Assembly (NCBI GenBank): GCA_002269645.1
Contig: NIVC01001675.1
Coordinates: forward strand, 28,910-92,909
DNA from: Macrostomum lignano
Lineage: Eukaryota
Reading direction: 5' to 3'
Length of the DNA stretch: 64,000 nucleotides
Notes under the pieces: model-generated
What the model was told of the DNA's origin: nothing
Databases searched by the model: none
Seen by the model: the letters and a program-made list of their open reading frames with translations, nothing else
Made by a program: the position numbers and the translations under genes
Shown here: piece after piece, positions 12,653-37,985 of the stretch
Layout: each line of letters starts with the position of its first letter
How positions within the stretch are numbered: position 1 is the stretch's first letter

Positions 12653-15600
12653 TCACCGATGGTCTACAGCCACCGGAGCATAGGTGAAGCCGGCGGTCTC
12701 CCTCAGCAGCGGCATGTCCACAATGACGCGGCCATCGCTCCGCAGCCGGGCGGTCACCAGCCGGGCGTCCACATTGGCTGGCAAGTCGAACTCGTCGCGG
12801 AATTCCCGCATTGACGTTTTGCCGGCCGACTTCACCTCGCGCCGGCCGTGGACCGACAGGCGTCGGCCGTTGTCAACCGTGGCGACTGTGAGGTCCTGGG
12901 GCTCGAACTCGGGACCTACGTCGACTTCGAGTTGAAAAGCGCTGGCGGTGCGAACACCGCTGCCCTGCTGCTGCTGCTGATGTCGGGGCGAGCCGAGAGG
13001 CTGGGAGAAGGCAGGCGAACCCGACCTCGGCGACAGTCGGGGACTGTTTGAGTAGAGCCTGCGGGAGTTGAGTTCAGGCTGATCTGGATCGAACTGATTC
13101 GACAATGCTGAGTTTGGCGCCATTGACTCCTCAGATATTTTTGCAAAAATCACCGTGACCCTCAAATTCAACAGATCCATTGACGTTGACCCCCACCCTA
13201 GATTTAAGGAACTATTGATTGACCCCCTGGTTTGACCTCCTGGTTTTCAAGGTCAATTGATTGACCTCCCCCTAGATGACCATATGGTTCTCAACTCCAA
13301 TCAGCTGACCCCCCTTAGATGATCCCTGGATTTTAGGTACAATCAATTGCCCCCCCCCCTTAGATGACCCCCTGGATTTTATTGACCCCCCTTAGATGAC
13401 CCCCGGATTTTAGCTACAACCAATTGACCCCCCCCTTAGATGACCCCCCGGATTTTAGCTACAACCAATTGACCCCCCTTAAATGACGCCCCGGATTTTA
13501 GCTTCAATCAATTGACCCCCCTTAGATGACGCCCCGGATTTTAGCTTCAACCAATTGACCCCCTTAGATGACGCCCCGGATTTTAGCTTCAATCGATTGA
13601 CCCCCCCAGATGACCCCCCGGATTTTAGCTACAACCAATTGACCCCCCTTAGATGACCCCCCGGATTTTAGCTACAACCAACTGACCCCCCTTAGATGAC
13701 GCCCCGGATTTTAGCTTCAATCGATTGACCCCCCTTAGATGACGCCCCGGATTTTAGCTTCAATCAATTGACCCCCCCCCCCAGATGACCCCCCGGATTT
13801 TAGCTACAACCAATTGACCCCCCTTAGATGACGCCCCGGATTTTAGCTTCAATCAAATGCCCCCCCCCAGATTTCAATTGACCCCCTTAGATGCCCCCCG
13901 GTTCTCAGCGCGATGTCCTGTGACCCCCCTCTCCGCAGCGCTGCTCACCTGCTCTGCTGCTGCAGGGCCGGCTGCTTCCCGGAATACTGGGGCGGCATCA
14001 CCGGAGCGGTGACTGACAACTGACCCTCGGCCACAGTGGACCGGACACCGCGAGGGTCGACCCCGTCCGGCAGCGAGAACTGCTCATCGAACGAGGCGGA
14101 GCTCTGCTTGCCGGTGCGCGGGTCCACCCGCTTGGAGTTGCCGCAGACCCGGACCGTGCGGTCTCCCACCAGCGAAGTCTTCAAGTCGCCAGGCTCGTAG
14201 TCGCGAACGTCGAACACCACTCGATAGACCAGCGAGCCGTCCGGCTGCCGCTCGATTCGGCCAGTTCGGCCACTGTCCGAGCAGCCGGGGTCGACTTGGC
14301 CGGGTGTCCGGAAAAAACCGTCCATTCGTTCTTGCATCGAGCGAGTGAGTTTGTCGAACTCCTCGTCCCAGACTGGGGAGGCGCGGCGGAGGTCTGCGGA
14401 GGGTGGGGGAGGTGGGCTGTTGGGTGGAGATTCTGTGGGTTGTTGGGTGGAGATTCTGTGGGCTGTTGGGTGGAGATTCTGTGGGCTGTTGGGTGGAGAT
14501 TCTGTGGGTTGTTGGGTGGAGATTCTGTGGGCTGTTGGGTGGAGATTCTGTGGGCTGTTGGGTGGAGATTCTGTGGGTTGTTGGGTGGAGATTCTGTGGG
14601 TTGTTGGGTGGAGATTCTGTGGGTTGTTGGGTGGAGATTCTGTGGGCTGTTGGGTGGAGATTCTGTGGGTTGTTGGGTGGAGATTCTGTGGGTTGTTGGG
14701 TGGAGATTCTGTGGGTTGTTGGGTGGAGATTCTGTGGGCTGTTGGGTGGAGATTCTGTGGGCTGTTGGGTGGAGATTCTGTGGGCTGTTAGGTGGAGATT
14801 CTGTGGGTTGTTGGGTGGAGATTCTGTGGGTTGTTGGGTGGAGATTCTGTGGGCTGTTGGGTGGAGATTCTGTGGGCTGTTGGGTGGAGATTCTGTGGGT
14901 TGTTGGGTGGAGATTCTGTGGGTTGTTGGGTGGAGATTCTGTGGGCTGTTGGGTGGAGATTCTGTGGGCTGTTGGGTGGAGATTCTGTGGGCTGTTGGGT
15001 GGAGATTCTGTGGGTTGTTGGGTGGAGATTCTGTGGGCTGTTGGGTGGAGATTCTATGGGCTGTTGGGTGGCGATTCTGTGGGCTGTTAGGTGGAGATTC
15101 TGTGGGTTGTTGGGTGGAGATTCTGCGGGCTGTTGATGAAGATTGTGTGGGCTGTTGATGAAGATTCTGTGGGCTGTTGATGTGAAGATTCTGTGGGCTG
15201 TTGATGAAGATTCTGTGGGCTGTTGATGCGAAGATTCTGTGGGCTGTTGATGAAGATTGTGTGGGCTGTTCCATGCTAAGCTAACTGCAGAAGTGCTCTT
15301 TTCCAGCTCAAATTACAAAAATGCGCAATAAAACTCAGACCATAGCGGCAATATTGTGCTTGTATGTAATTTGGCAGAAACACATGTTGGGCTCAAATGC
15401 CGTGTGTACAGTGTACAGGTATCAGGGGTATTTGACTGACAGACAGAGGCAGACAGAGGAAGTCTCAGTGCTCCAACCAACTGATTACAAAGGTAAATAG
15501 ATTTAGAGATAAAAAGCAAGCACACCCGCTCTCTCTATGCAAATTGAACTGCGCAATGCGTGTGGGCCTGTTTGCAGAAATGACTTTGTTGGACTGACTG

Positions 15601-16018
15601 ACAAGTCGATCATTGCCGCCAGTGTCAACATATGAGAGACTGCACCTGGGGTCTCAGGAGCGATTTAGACTCAGGAGGGAGGCAATCTCTGGGGGAGACA
15701 AGTCTCAGAGGGAGACAAGTCTCGGGGGGGGGGTCTCAGGGGGAGACAAGTCTCAAGTGAGACAAGTCTCAGGGGGAGACAAGTCTCAAGTGAGACAAGT
15801 CTCAGGTGAGACAAGTCTCAGGGAAACAAGTCTCAGGGGAGAAAATTCTCAGGGGAGACAAGTCTCAGGGGAGAAAATTCTCAGGGGAGACAAGTCTCAG
15901 GGGAGAAAATTCTCAGGGGAGACAAGTCTCAGGGAAACAAGTCTCAGGGGAGAAGAATAGCAAGATTAGTCGATTCTCATGCTTTACTCCAGGATTTCAG
16001 TAATCATGACTTACCCAT
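12653..16018 (-). CDS. Small heat-shock protein with two alpha-crystallin domains (flatworm p40/major-egg-antigen-like architecture), 284 aa
   Basis: Exons 16018-16015 (ATG G|GTAAGT), 14393-13949, 13058-12653 join in frame (855 nt). ACD1: YRVVFDVRDYEPGDLKT...FDEQFSLPDGVDP...GQLSVTAP. ACD2: FQLEVDVGPEFEPQDLTV...FRDEFDLPANVD...SDGRVIVDMP. Confidence 0.85.
13185..13905. repeat. ~44-bp minisatellite (CTTAGATGACCCCCCGGATTTTAGCTACAACCAATTGACCCCC)
   Basis: In the sHSP intron. Confidence 0.9.
14405..15270. repeat. 23-bp minisatellite (GTGGGCTGTTGGGTGGAGATTCT)
   Basis: In the sHSP intron, abutting the acceptor at 14394. Confidence 0.95.
15690..15955. repeat. 16-bp minisatellite (CTCAGGGGAGACAAGT)
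   Basis: Period 16 (15848, 15864, 15880...). Confidence 0.9.
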
Positions 16019-16154
16019 TATAAATTTCAGGTGAGAATACGCGGTATTCAATTGAAGATTTCTTGTCAAGATCTTGCTAACAGTATAAGTTATAGGTAGC
16101 TACTTGTGTCTATATCTTTCTGTGTAGGCTTCCAAGTCTTATGACGACTTCTTG

Positions 16155-16193
<39 letters not shown>

Positions 16194-16504
16194 CCCTCTC
16201 TCCCTTACCCCTGCTGTCCTCTGCATTAGTCACACGCTTAAGTCTTAAGAACTTTGGCATTTCGAATTTATTCATTCACCCATTGGCAGGGACGGGAGAG
16301 GACGGTCGGGTCTGTCTCCCTCTCCGCGTTGTGGACAGGCGAATCGTTAGGGAAGGACAGAAAGTCCGATGGGTTGCTTTTCTACACAACACTCTGGTAA
16401 GGATTGACTGTGGACTTGTTGTGTTCCACAAGATGGGAGAGTGTTCGAAATGAGAGATTGGGGCCTACACTCCTGAGGTCTTGGAAATATGTATGACAGG
16501 GGGA

Positions 16505-17315
16505 TGAGGGGAGAGAAGAAAGGGAAGAGAGGGGAGAGCAGAGAGGGGAGAAGAGAGGAGAGAGGAGCGAAGAGAGGAAAGAGGGGAGAAGAGAGGGGAG
16601 AAGAGAGGAGAGAGGGGAGAAGAGAGGGGAGAAGAGAGGAGAGAGGGGAGAAGAGAGGGGAGAAGAGAGGAGAGAGGGGAGAAGAGAGGGGAGAAGAGAG
16701 GAGAGAGGGGAGAAGAGAGGAGAGAGGGGAGAAGAGAGGAGAGAGGGGAGAAGAGAGGGGAGAAGAGAGGAGAGAGGGGAGAAGAGAGGAGAGAGGGGAG
16801 AAGAGAGGAGAGAGGGGAGAAGAGAGGAGAGAAGGGAGAAGAGAGAAGAGAGGGGAGAAGAGAGGAGAGGGGAGAAGAGAGGTGAGAGGAAAGGACGGAG
16901 GGGAGAAGAGATTAGAGAGGGGAGAAGAGAGGAGAGGGGAGAAGAGAGGAGAGAGGAGCGAAGAGAGGAAAGAGGGGAGAAGAGAGGGGAGAAGAGAGGA
17001 GAGAGGGGAGAAGAGAGGGGAGAAGAGAGGAGAGAGGGGAGAAGAGAGGGGAGAAGAGAGGAGAGAGGGGAGAAGAGAGGGGAGAAGAGAGGAGAGAGGG
17101 GAGAAGAGAGGGGAGAAGAGAGGAGAGAGGGGAGAAGAGAGGAGAGAGGGGAGAAGAGAGGAGAGAGGGGAGAAGAGAGGAGAGAAGGGAGAAGAGAGAA
17201 GAGAGGGGAGAAGAGAGGAGAGGGGAGAAGAGAGGTGAGAGGAAAGGACGGAGGGGAGAAGAGATTAGAGAGGGGAGAAGAGAGGAGAGGGGAGAAGAGA
17301 GGAGAGAGGAGAGAA
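16505..17315. repeat. GA-rich low-complexity repeat (AGAGGGGAGAAG / AGAGGAGAGG)
   Basis: Direct inspection. Confidence 0.95.
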
Positions 17316-17559
17316 TGTAGCGAGAACACAGAAGCCAGTTACAGTTACACTCCGAAGCGAATACAGCTCCATATATCCAGCTAGAATGGCTGCTGCATCT
17401 ACGCAACAGTTCGGTGAGAAAAAGCCCAAGTATTACCAATATGAATAAGTGTGAAAATGAAAATACAACTTGAAATAAACATGTTATATTGCGGGTCCTG
17501 CTGTAATTGGTGCTGCTGAACTTTTGCAACAAGATTTATCGTGTGAACTACATGCTTAC

Positions 17560-17632
17560 CTTCAACAATTCTCGGGCTCAGCCTTGGGCTCGGAGATCTA
17601 CCCTGCATTGGAGAGGCATTGCCACCGCTCAT
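17560..17632 (-). CDS. Candidate alternative first coding exon of the sHSP gene (MSGGNASPMQGRSPSPRLSPRIVE)
   Basis: ATG at 17632, 73 nt, donor G|GTAAGC, phase 1 matching the acceptor at 14393. Shares the SPRLSPR motif with the sHSP inter-domain linker. Confidence 0.5.
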
Positions 17633-18149
17633 GGCTACACAATGTTCTGGCTATAATGTTGTACAGAATTTCAAAGCTCAGCAAAGTTGCAAGTCTTTTC
17701 TCGCTGTGTTGGTTGTCGACTGTCTTCGAATTTATATAAACAGTTGAGGTGAACTGTCACACACCTGTGAGGCCGGCACAGCCTGTCAACAACTGCTTAG
17801 CTAGTCTGTGTGTGCTCAAACTGTGCTCAAAGTTGTCTGCATTCATTGCGACTGTATTTTTGTTTAGATTGGACAGACAGACTGTAAACAGGGTGGGGTG
17901 AGTTGGTAGGTTGCTGTTCTGCATTCAGCTTCGCATTGCATATTCACCTTAGCTTGTGTATTTAGACTTAATTTGGCCTTTCTCCCAAGGTATTTTGCGG
18001 TCTGTATAGAAATTTTTGCCAAGTTTTTGTTGGCGAGACAACTGGCTCAGTGTTGGTGGTCGAAAATAAATAAATAATTTTATTTATTTCGTGTCGTGAA
18101 AATGGAGTTCTCAGTGTATTTTTAATTTTGTGGCCATGGGGTTGCTGCA

Positions 18150-18810
18150 GGGGTCAGGGGTGCTGGAAGGGGTCAGGGGGTGCTGGAAGGGGTCAGGGGA
18201 TTCTGGAAGGGGTCAGGGGGTGCTGGAAGGGTCAGGGGGTGCTGGAAGGGGTCAGGGGATTCTGGAAGGGGTCAGGGGGTGCTGGAAGGGTCAGGGGTGC
18301 TGAAAGGGGTCAGGGGTGCTGGAAGGGGTCAGGGGTGCTGGAAGGGGTCAGAGGGTGCTGGAAGGGGTCAGGGGGTGCTGGAAGGGGTCAGGGGTGCTGG
18401 AAGGGGTCAGGGGTGCTGGAAGGGGTCAGGGGGTGCTGGAAGGGGTCAGGGGTGCTGGAAGGGGTCAGGGGTGCTGGAAGGGGTCAGGGGTGCTGGAAGG
18501 GGTCAGGGGGTGCTGGAAGGGGTCAGGGGTGCTGAAAGGGGTCAGGGGTGCTGGAAGGGGTCAGGGGTGCTGGAAGGGGTCAGGGGTGCTGGAAGGGGTC
18601 AGGGGTGCTGGAAGGGGTCAGGGGGTGCTGGAAGGGGTCAGGGGTGCTGGAAGGGGTCAGGGGGTGCTGGAAGGGGTCAGGGGGTGCTGGAAGGGGTCAG
18701 AGGGTGCTGGAAGGGGTCAGGGGGTGCTGGAAGGGGTCAGGGGGTGCTGGAAGGGGTCAGGGGTGCTGGAAGGGGTCAGGGGGTGCTGGAAGGGGTCAGG
18801 GGTGCTGGGA
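18150..18810. repeat. 18-19-bp G-rich minisatellite (GGTGCTGGAAGGGGTCAGG)
   Basis: Direct inspection; potential G-quadruplex former. Confidence 0.95.
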
Positions 18811-19329
18811 TGCTTTCAACAGATATCCTGCACAGACTACTTATTTGAATACTTCAGTAGTGAGTCAGATTTATTAAATCTCATTACAAACAGAGACTAT
18901 ATAAACTGAAACCTCCATGCAAGGTCGGGAAATTCTCACGTGGAAATAATTTTTTAGAATCAAACGAACAGGTGCAAAAACAATTTCTTCTAAAAGAGGA
19001 AGTTACAAAAAGAAAGATTTTGTAAAAATATATCAAATATGAAATCCGTAATATTGAAAAGCAGGTCAAAAGCAAACTTGGCTTATTCCGTCTTTGAAAA
19101 GTTGTTCTATTCATTATTCTGTTCTGTAACTACTTCTAAAATTACCACACAGAACGGAGTTGGGACACAATGAGGTTTCGAGAATTGCAATTTCTAAAAC
19201 AAATGTGTTGGCAAGCAAAGTATTTTATTGTTTCATGGAAGGACAGCCACTGTCTTTGCTTTGTTTTAAATGCGGAAGTGTCATAATGCCATGCCAAATT
19301 TCTCTGAGATACGTTTCAGAGACTATTGA

Positions 19330-21110
19330 GAGAAGAGGGTGAGTAGAGAGGATAGGGGAGGAGAGGAGAGGAGAGGAGAGGAGAGGAGAGGAGAGGAGAG
19401 AAGAGGAGAGGAGAGGAGAGGGGAGGAGAGGAGAGGAGAGGAGAGGAGAGGAGAGGAGAGGAGAGGAGAGGAGAGGAGAGGAGAGGAGATGAGATGAGAG
19501 AGAGAGGAGAGGAGAGGAGAGGGGAGAGGAGAGGAGAGGAGAGGAGAGGAGAGGAGAGGAGAGGAGAGGAGAGGAGAGGAGAGGAGATGAGAGGAGAGGA
19601 GAGGGGAGGATCGAGAGGGGAGGGAAGGAGAGGAGAGGAGAGGAGAGGAGAAGAGAGGAGAGGAGAGGAGAGGAGAGGAGAAGAGAGGAGGGAGAGGAGA
19701 GGAGAGGAGAGGAGAGGAGAGGAGAGGAGAGGAGAGGAGATGAGAGGAGAGGAGAGGGGAGGATCGAGAGGGAGGAAGGAGAGGAGAGGAGAGGAGAGGA
19801 GAGGAGAGGAGAGGAGAGGAGATGAGAGGGAGGGAAGGAGAGGAGAGGGGAGGATCGAGAGGGGAGGGAAGGAGAGGAGAGGAGAAGAGAAGAGAGGAGA
19901 GGAGAAGAGAGGAGAGGAGAGGAGAGGAGAGGAGAGGAGATGAGATGAGAGGAGAGGGGAGGAGAGGAGAGGAGATGAGAGGAGAGGAGAGGGGAGGATC
20001 GAGAGGGGAGGGAAGGAGAGGAGAGGAGAGGAGAGGAGAAGAGAGGAGAGGAGAGGAGAGGAGAGGAGAAGAGAGGAGAGGAGAGGAGATGAGAGGAGAG
20101 GAGAGGGGAGGATCGAGAGGGGAGGAAAGGAGAGGAGAGGAGAGGAGAGGAGAGGAGAGGAGAGGAGATGAGAGGAGAGGAGAGGGGAAGGGAAGGAGAG
20201 GACTGGGGAGGATCGAGAGGGGAGGGAAGGAGAGGGGAAGGGAAGGAGAGGACTGGGGAGGATCGAGAGGGGAGGGAAGGAGAGGAGAGGAGAGGATCGA
20301 GAGGGGAGGGAAGGAGAGGAGAGGAGAGGAGAAGAGAGGAGAGGAGAGGAGAGGAGAGGAGAGGAGAGGAGAGGAGAGGAGAGGAGAGGAGAGGAGAGGA
20401 GAGGAGATGAGAGGAGAGGAGAGGAGAGGAGAGGAGAGGAGAGGAGAGGAGAGGAGATGAGAGGAGAGGAGAGGAGAGGAGAGGAGAGGAGATGAGAGGA
20501 GAGGAGAGGAGAGGGGAGGATCGAGAGGGGAGGGAAGGAGAGGAGAGGAGAGGAGAAGAGAGGAGAGGAGAGGAGAGGAGAGGAGAGGAGAGGAGATGAG
20601 AGGAGAGGAGAGGAGAGGAGAGGAGAGGAGAGGAGAGGAGAGGAGAGGAGAGGAGAGGAGATGAGAGGAGAGGAGAGGAGAGGAGAGGAGAGGAGATGAG
20701 AGGAGAGGAGAGGAGAGGGAGGATCGAGAGGGAGGGAAGGAGAGGAGAGGAGAGGAGAAGAGAGGAGAGGAGAGGAGAGGAGAGGAGAGGAGAGGAGAGG
20801 AGAGAAGAGGAGAGGAGATGAGAGGAGAGGAGAGGGGAAGGGAAGGAGAGGACTGGGGAGGATCGAGAGGGGAGGGAAGGAGAGGAGAGGAGAGGAGAAG
20901 AGAGGAGAGGAGAGGAGAGGAGAGGAGAGGAGAGGAGAGGAGAGGAGAGGAGAGGAGAGGAGAGGGGAAGGGAAGGAGAGGAGTGGGGAGGATCGAGAGG
21001 GAGGGAAGGAGAGAAGATGAGAGGAGAGGGGAGGAGAGGAGAGGAGAGGGGAGAGTAAAGAGGAGGGGAGATGAGGACAGAGGGGAGAACAGGAGAGGAG
21101 GGAGTGGAGG
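19330..21110. repeat. (GGAGA)n satellite with recurring GGGGAGGATCGAGAGGGGAGGGAA blocks
   Basis: Direct inspection. Confidence 0.95.
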
Positions 21111-21311
21111 AGATGCTCAGGTCCAGTTAGCCGAGAACTGTAGACCATAAGACACACAACTCCGGTATTCACAGACAGATTTCCATTGGCTCAGCAGTTT
21201 CGCAAGACAGACAAAGACATGGCCCCCAGAAACTGGGTGATAAACGAAGTCACCTTCCTGCTTGGTCAGAAGTGTCAGGATTCTTGAGTGTCAGATCGCA
21301 GAGCCGCAGTC

Positions 21312-22810
21312 ATGACAGCTCCCCCATTCAATTTGCCTGTTGCAACTTGGAGCCTTCTGGCTTCATTTGGCCTGATTGAACAAGGTCAGCACCTGCAGCT
21401 GCCACCCAGCAGTTACGTAGTGGGTGCTCCGTGTCTACCTGGAGCATTTCCGCCACTTTTGTTTGCTTCAACACCGCGCCTTCGAAGCCAGATTGACGAA
21501 CAAGAAGAAGATGGACGATTGTCCAGAGCCAGCCAGGATGATGCAGCTGACAGCGGGACGGCTGCTTCGTCAAGGACTGAAGGTTTGAACAGGCTTTTCT
21601 GGGCTGTCCCCTGTCCCCTTGACCCCTCCAGTGTGGGTCTGTTGACCCCTCCAGTGTAGGTCTGTTGACCCCTTCCAGTGTGGGTCTGTTGACCCCTCCA
21701 GGGTATAGGTCTGTTGACCCCTTCCAGTGTGGGTCTGTTGACCCCTCCAGGGTATAGGTCTGTTGACCCCTCCAGTATAGGTCTGTTGACCCCTCCAGTG
21801 TGGGTCTGTTGACCTCCAGCGTATAGGTCTGTTGACACCTTCCAGTTTGGGTCTGTTGACCCCTTCAGTGTAGGTCTGTTGACCCCTCCAGTGTGTAGGT
21901 CTGTTTACCCCTCTGGTGTAGGTCTGTTTACCCCTCCGGTGTATAGGTCTGTTGACCCCTCCGGTGTATAGGTCTGTTGACCCCTCCGGTGTATAGGTCT
22001 GTTGACCCCTCCGGTGTATAGGTCTGTTGACCCCTCCGGTGTATAGGTCTGTTGACCCCTCCGGTGTATAGGTCTGTTGACCCCTCCGGTGTATAGGTCT
22101 GTTGACCCCTCCGGTGTATAGGTCTGTTGACCCCTCCGGTGTAGAGGTCTGTTGACCCCTCCGGTGTAGAGGTCTGTTGACCCCTCCGGTGTAGAGGTCT
22201 GTTGACCCCTCCGGTGTATAGGTCTGTTGACCCCTCCGGTGTAGAGGTCTGTTGACCCCTCCGGTGTATAGGTCTGTTGACCCCTCCGGTGTTTAGGTCT
22301 GTTTGACCCCTCCGGTGTTTAGGTCTGTTTGACCCCTCCAGTGTAGGTCTGTTTGACCCCTCTGGTGTAGGTCTGTTTGACCCCTCCAGTGTAGGGGCCG
22401 TCGACCCTGCTCAGTGGGTCTCGCTGGCCATGAACAGACCCTGAGCTCACGTAAGTCACATTTAATCCCAAACTACAGACAACCACTCGAATGCAGCCTT
22501 AACGCACAGAGAGACAGCATCAGTCAGCAGTCACAAGCGAGTGAGAACTGCATTCTCAAGCGATCAGCTGTTGTCACTGGAGACCGAATTCTCGGTCAGC
22601 ATGTACCTCACCCGCATCAGACGAATTGGCATTGCTCAGCGATTGAGTCTGAGTGAGAAGCAGGTGAAAATCTGGTTTCAAAATAGGCGAGTTCGGTATA
22701 AGAAGGAGACCCAACTACTCAGCCCAGCTGGCGAACGAGAGGTCGGGAGTTCGTGCTCCAAATGCCGCCGCCTGCGAACTTGCAACAAGAGGCTGCTGGA
22801 CCATCGTTGA
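21312..22810 (+). CDS. Gsx: Gsx/Gsh/ind-class ParaHox homeobox transcription factor, ~200 aa
   Basis: Exons 21312-21582 and 22479-22810 join in frame (603 nt). Homeodomain [58 protein letters not shown] carries the Gsx diagnostics (MYLsRlRRI, [20 protein letters not shown]). The first exon start is less certain. Confidence 0.8.
21615..22395. repeat. 25-bp minisatellite (GTCTGTTGACCCCTCCGGTGTATAG)
   Basis: Fills the Gsx intron. Confidence 0.95.
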
Positions 22811-22869
22811 TTACCTGACCGCTATCCTGGAGACTTCCCTGAAGACTTCCTCTGCCACTTGTTTCTGCC

Positions 22870-23715
22870 CGTCTCACTTGCCTCCCCTCTCTCCCCTGTC
22901 TCCCTCTCTCTCTCCTGTCTCCCTCTCTCCCCTGTCTCCCTCTCTCTCTCCTGTCTCCCTCTCTCTCCCCTCCTGTCTCCCTCTCTCTCCTGTCTCCCTC
23001 TCTCTCTCCTGTCTCCCTCTCTCCCCTGTCTCCCTCTCTCCCCTGTCTCCCTCTCTCCCCTGTCTCCCTCTCTCCCCTGTCTCCCTCTGTCTCTTGTCTC
23101 CATCTTTCTCTCCTGTCTCCCTTTGTCTCCTGTCTCCCTCTCTCTCCCCTCCTGTCTCCCTCTCTCTCCTGTCTTCCTCTTTCTCCCCTCCTGTCTCCCT
23201 CTCTCTCCCCTCCTGTCTCCCTCTCTCCCCTGTCTCCCTCTCTCTCCTGTCTCCCTCTCTCTCCTGTCTCCCTCTCTCTCCTCTCTCCCTCTCTCTCCTG
23301 TCTCCCTCTCTCTCCTGTCTCCCTCTCTATCCTGTCTCCCTCTGTCTCTCCTGTCTCCATCTTTCTCTCCTGTCTCCCTTTGTCTCCTGTCTCCCTCTCT
23401 ATCCTGTCTCCCTCTGTCTCTCTTGTCTCCCTCTCTCTCCTGTCTCCCTCTCTCTCCTGTCTCCCTCTCTCTCCCCTCCTGTCTCCCTCTCTCTCCCCTC
23501 CTGTCTCCCTCTCTCTCCTGTCTCCCTCTCTCTCCTGTCTCCCTCTCTATCCTGTCTCCCTCTGTCTCTCTTGTCTCCCTCTCTCTCCTGTCTCCCTCTC
23601 TCTCCTGTCTCCCTCTCTCTCCCCTCCTGTCTCCCTCTCTCTCCCCTCCTGTCTCCCTCTCTCTCCTGTCTCCCTCTCTCTCCCCTCCTGTCTCCCTCTC
23701 TCCCCCCTGTCTCCC
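22870..23715. repeat. CT-rich repeat (CCTGTCTCCCTCTCTCT)n
   Basis: Direct inspection; between the convergent Gsx and ERG 3' ends. Confidence 0.95.
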
Positions 23716-24156
23716 GATTTTTGTACTCCTACTTGTCATGACTTAAGCGGTTTTGGATTATTGTCTTTTAAAATAAGGTACCCCATTTTGAAACAAACAT
23801 CTGTAAACTCCTAATTAAATGACACGTGACTACCATTATTGCACCAATATTTAAACTGACTGCAACTGCCATAAACTCAAGTAACTCAATTTAATCATCA
23901 ACCATTTGTTTTATTAAGTCTAATTGTTTTGAGACAGATTAACGAACATATTTCGAGTGTCTAATATCTTTGAAAACTAATGTTATTATAAAAAAAGACT
24001 GAGGAACGGTTATATCATTTATAATTAATTAAAACAAATATTGATGCAGATGAATTGAAATTAATACTTTTCTGGTCTCTCAGATAAATCTGAGAACAGT
24101 TAATGACAACTGATTCAAATCGGTGCCAAAGATTAAGCAGGGTAAAAATATAGTTG

Positions 24157-36099
<11,943 letters not shown>

Positions 36100-36885
36100 C
36101 TGGTCTCAGGGCTTGGATAGAGTCGCAGCGGACTGGGTTGCTCTTTGATGAAGCGGAGGGGCTGCGGATTTGCTGCTAACAAGATGCAAGTCAGCAGCAT
36201 GCAGTGCGGACGCTGTAATTGTTTACGCGAACATTCGGTAACTGGTCGATATTAATTATCTTGCAGACCGTCAGTTGGTACGTGGAGGACCCCTAACCCC
36301 GGTGTGGCTTTTTAGGTCTGGCAGAATTTATTGTGGACGAAAGGTTTTGCCGGGGGGAGGGGAGGAGTGCGGGTTGGCTGGCTAAAAATCCCACAGATTT
36401 GTGGGGACTGGAGAGTGGCGAGGGTTCCGCCTGGCCAGCCAATGGTCACCCAGAAGGGGAGTCGCCAACTCGTGACGGGAGTAGACAGGGGCTGTGGGAA
36501 GTAGACATAAGTGGAGGAAGTAGACAGGGGGTGGGGGTGGGGGAATTCGAAGTTGAAGATTGATGGCCTCCAGAGTCTCAGAGGGCAGTGAGTTCGTTCT
36601 CTGACTAGAAAAAGTCCTAAGATCGAGTCGGATCTGAGATTCGCAGAAAATTTTGGATTTCCAGCAGAATTCCAGATGTATCGTGTTTGAACTGTCAGAC
36701 TCCCAAGCTCCTTGAGGTTCTGACCCGGCTAGTTCAGCTGTGACTGAACTAATCCTCTCTCTAAGACTTACGGATGGGGAAAGTACTTTTTGTAAAAGCT
36801 TTTCTTAAGTTGATGAACAGCTGACTTCCCTGGCAACTCGTCTGGCTAAAGATGAGGCCTCTGGGTTCGCTGTTGCTGCTGGTCC

Positions 36886-37433
<548 letters not shown>

Positions 37434-37936
37434 TCTTTAGTTAAAACTGTTTATTTCGTTATTTAAATGCAGAACCTCCGCTGCACGTCATAAAAGCAGT
37501 TTCAAGCACCACTGGAGTCCGCTCAGAAGGACGGCAAGTTTACAAAGCCAGACTTAGCAAACGGCCAGCCGGAGGTCATAAAAGTTTTTCCCCTTTTGCC
37601 GCGATATTCTAGGAAACAATTGCCAAGCTCATGGCTTAGCATACGCGCTTCTGAGCAAGCAGAAAAAAGCTTAATACACGTATATTAGACATGCGCCAAC
37701 TGCAAGAGCAGCTCAATAAATATATCTGCCTGTCCACATGCATATGCAACTACGGAGCACCGTTTTTGGAGTTGAAAATAAAAAACATTAATCTGAATTT
37801 GCGGACTCCATGAGCAACTATACACGATCCTTCTTCTCCTCTCCGACTCTGCACCATGCATGCTACTAGAACTGCCTTGCAATCTGCCTCATGCTCTGTG
37901 CCTTCACTCTCTGCCTCTACTCTCGCCCTCTCCATC

Positions 37937-37985
<49 letters not shown>

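Noticed and set aside
22395-22478. Apparent 56-nt exon plus 28-nt intron (GTAAGT...CTACAG) inside the Gsx intron
   Set aside because: Inclusion after the 21582 donor shifts the frame to a stop, and 28 nt is implausibly short. Direct 21582-to-22479 splicing is in frame.
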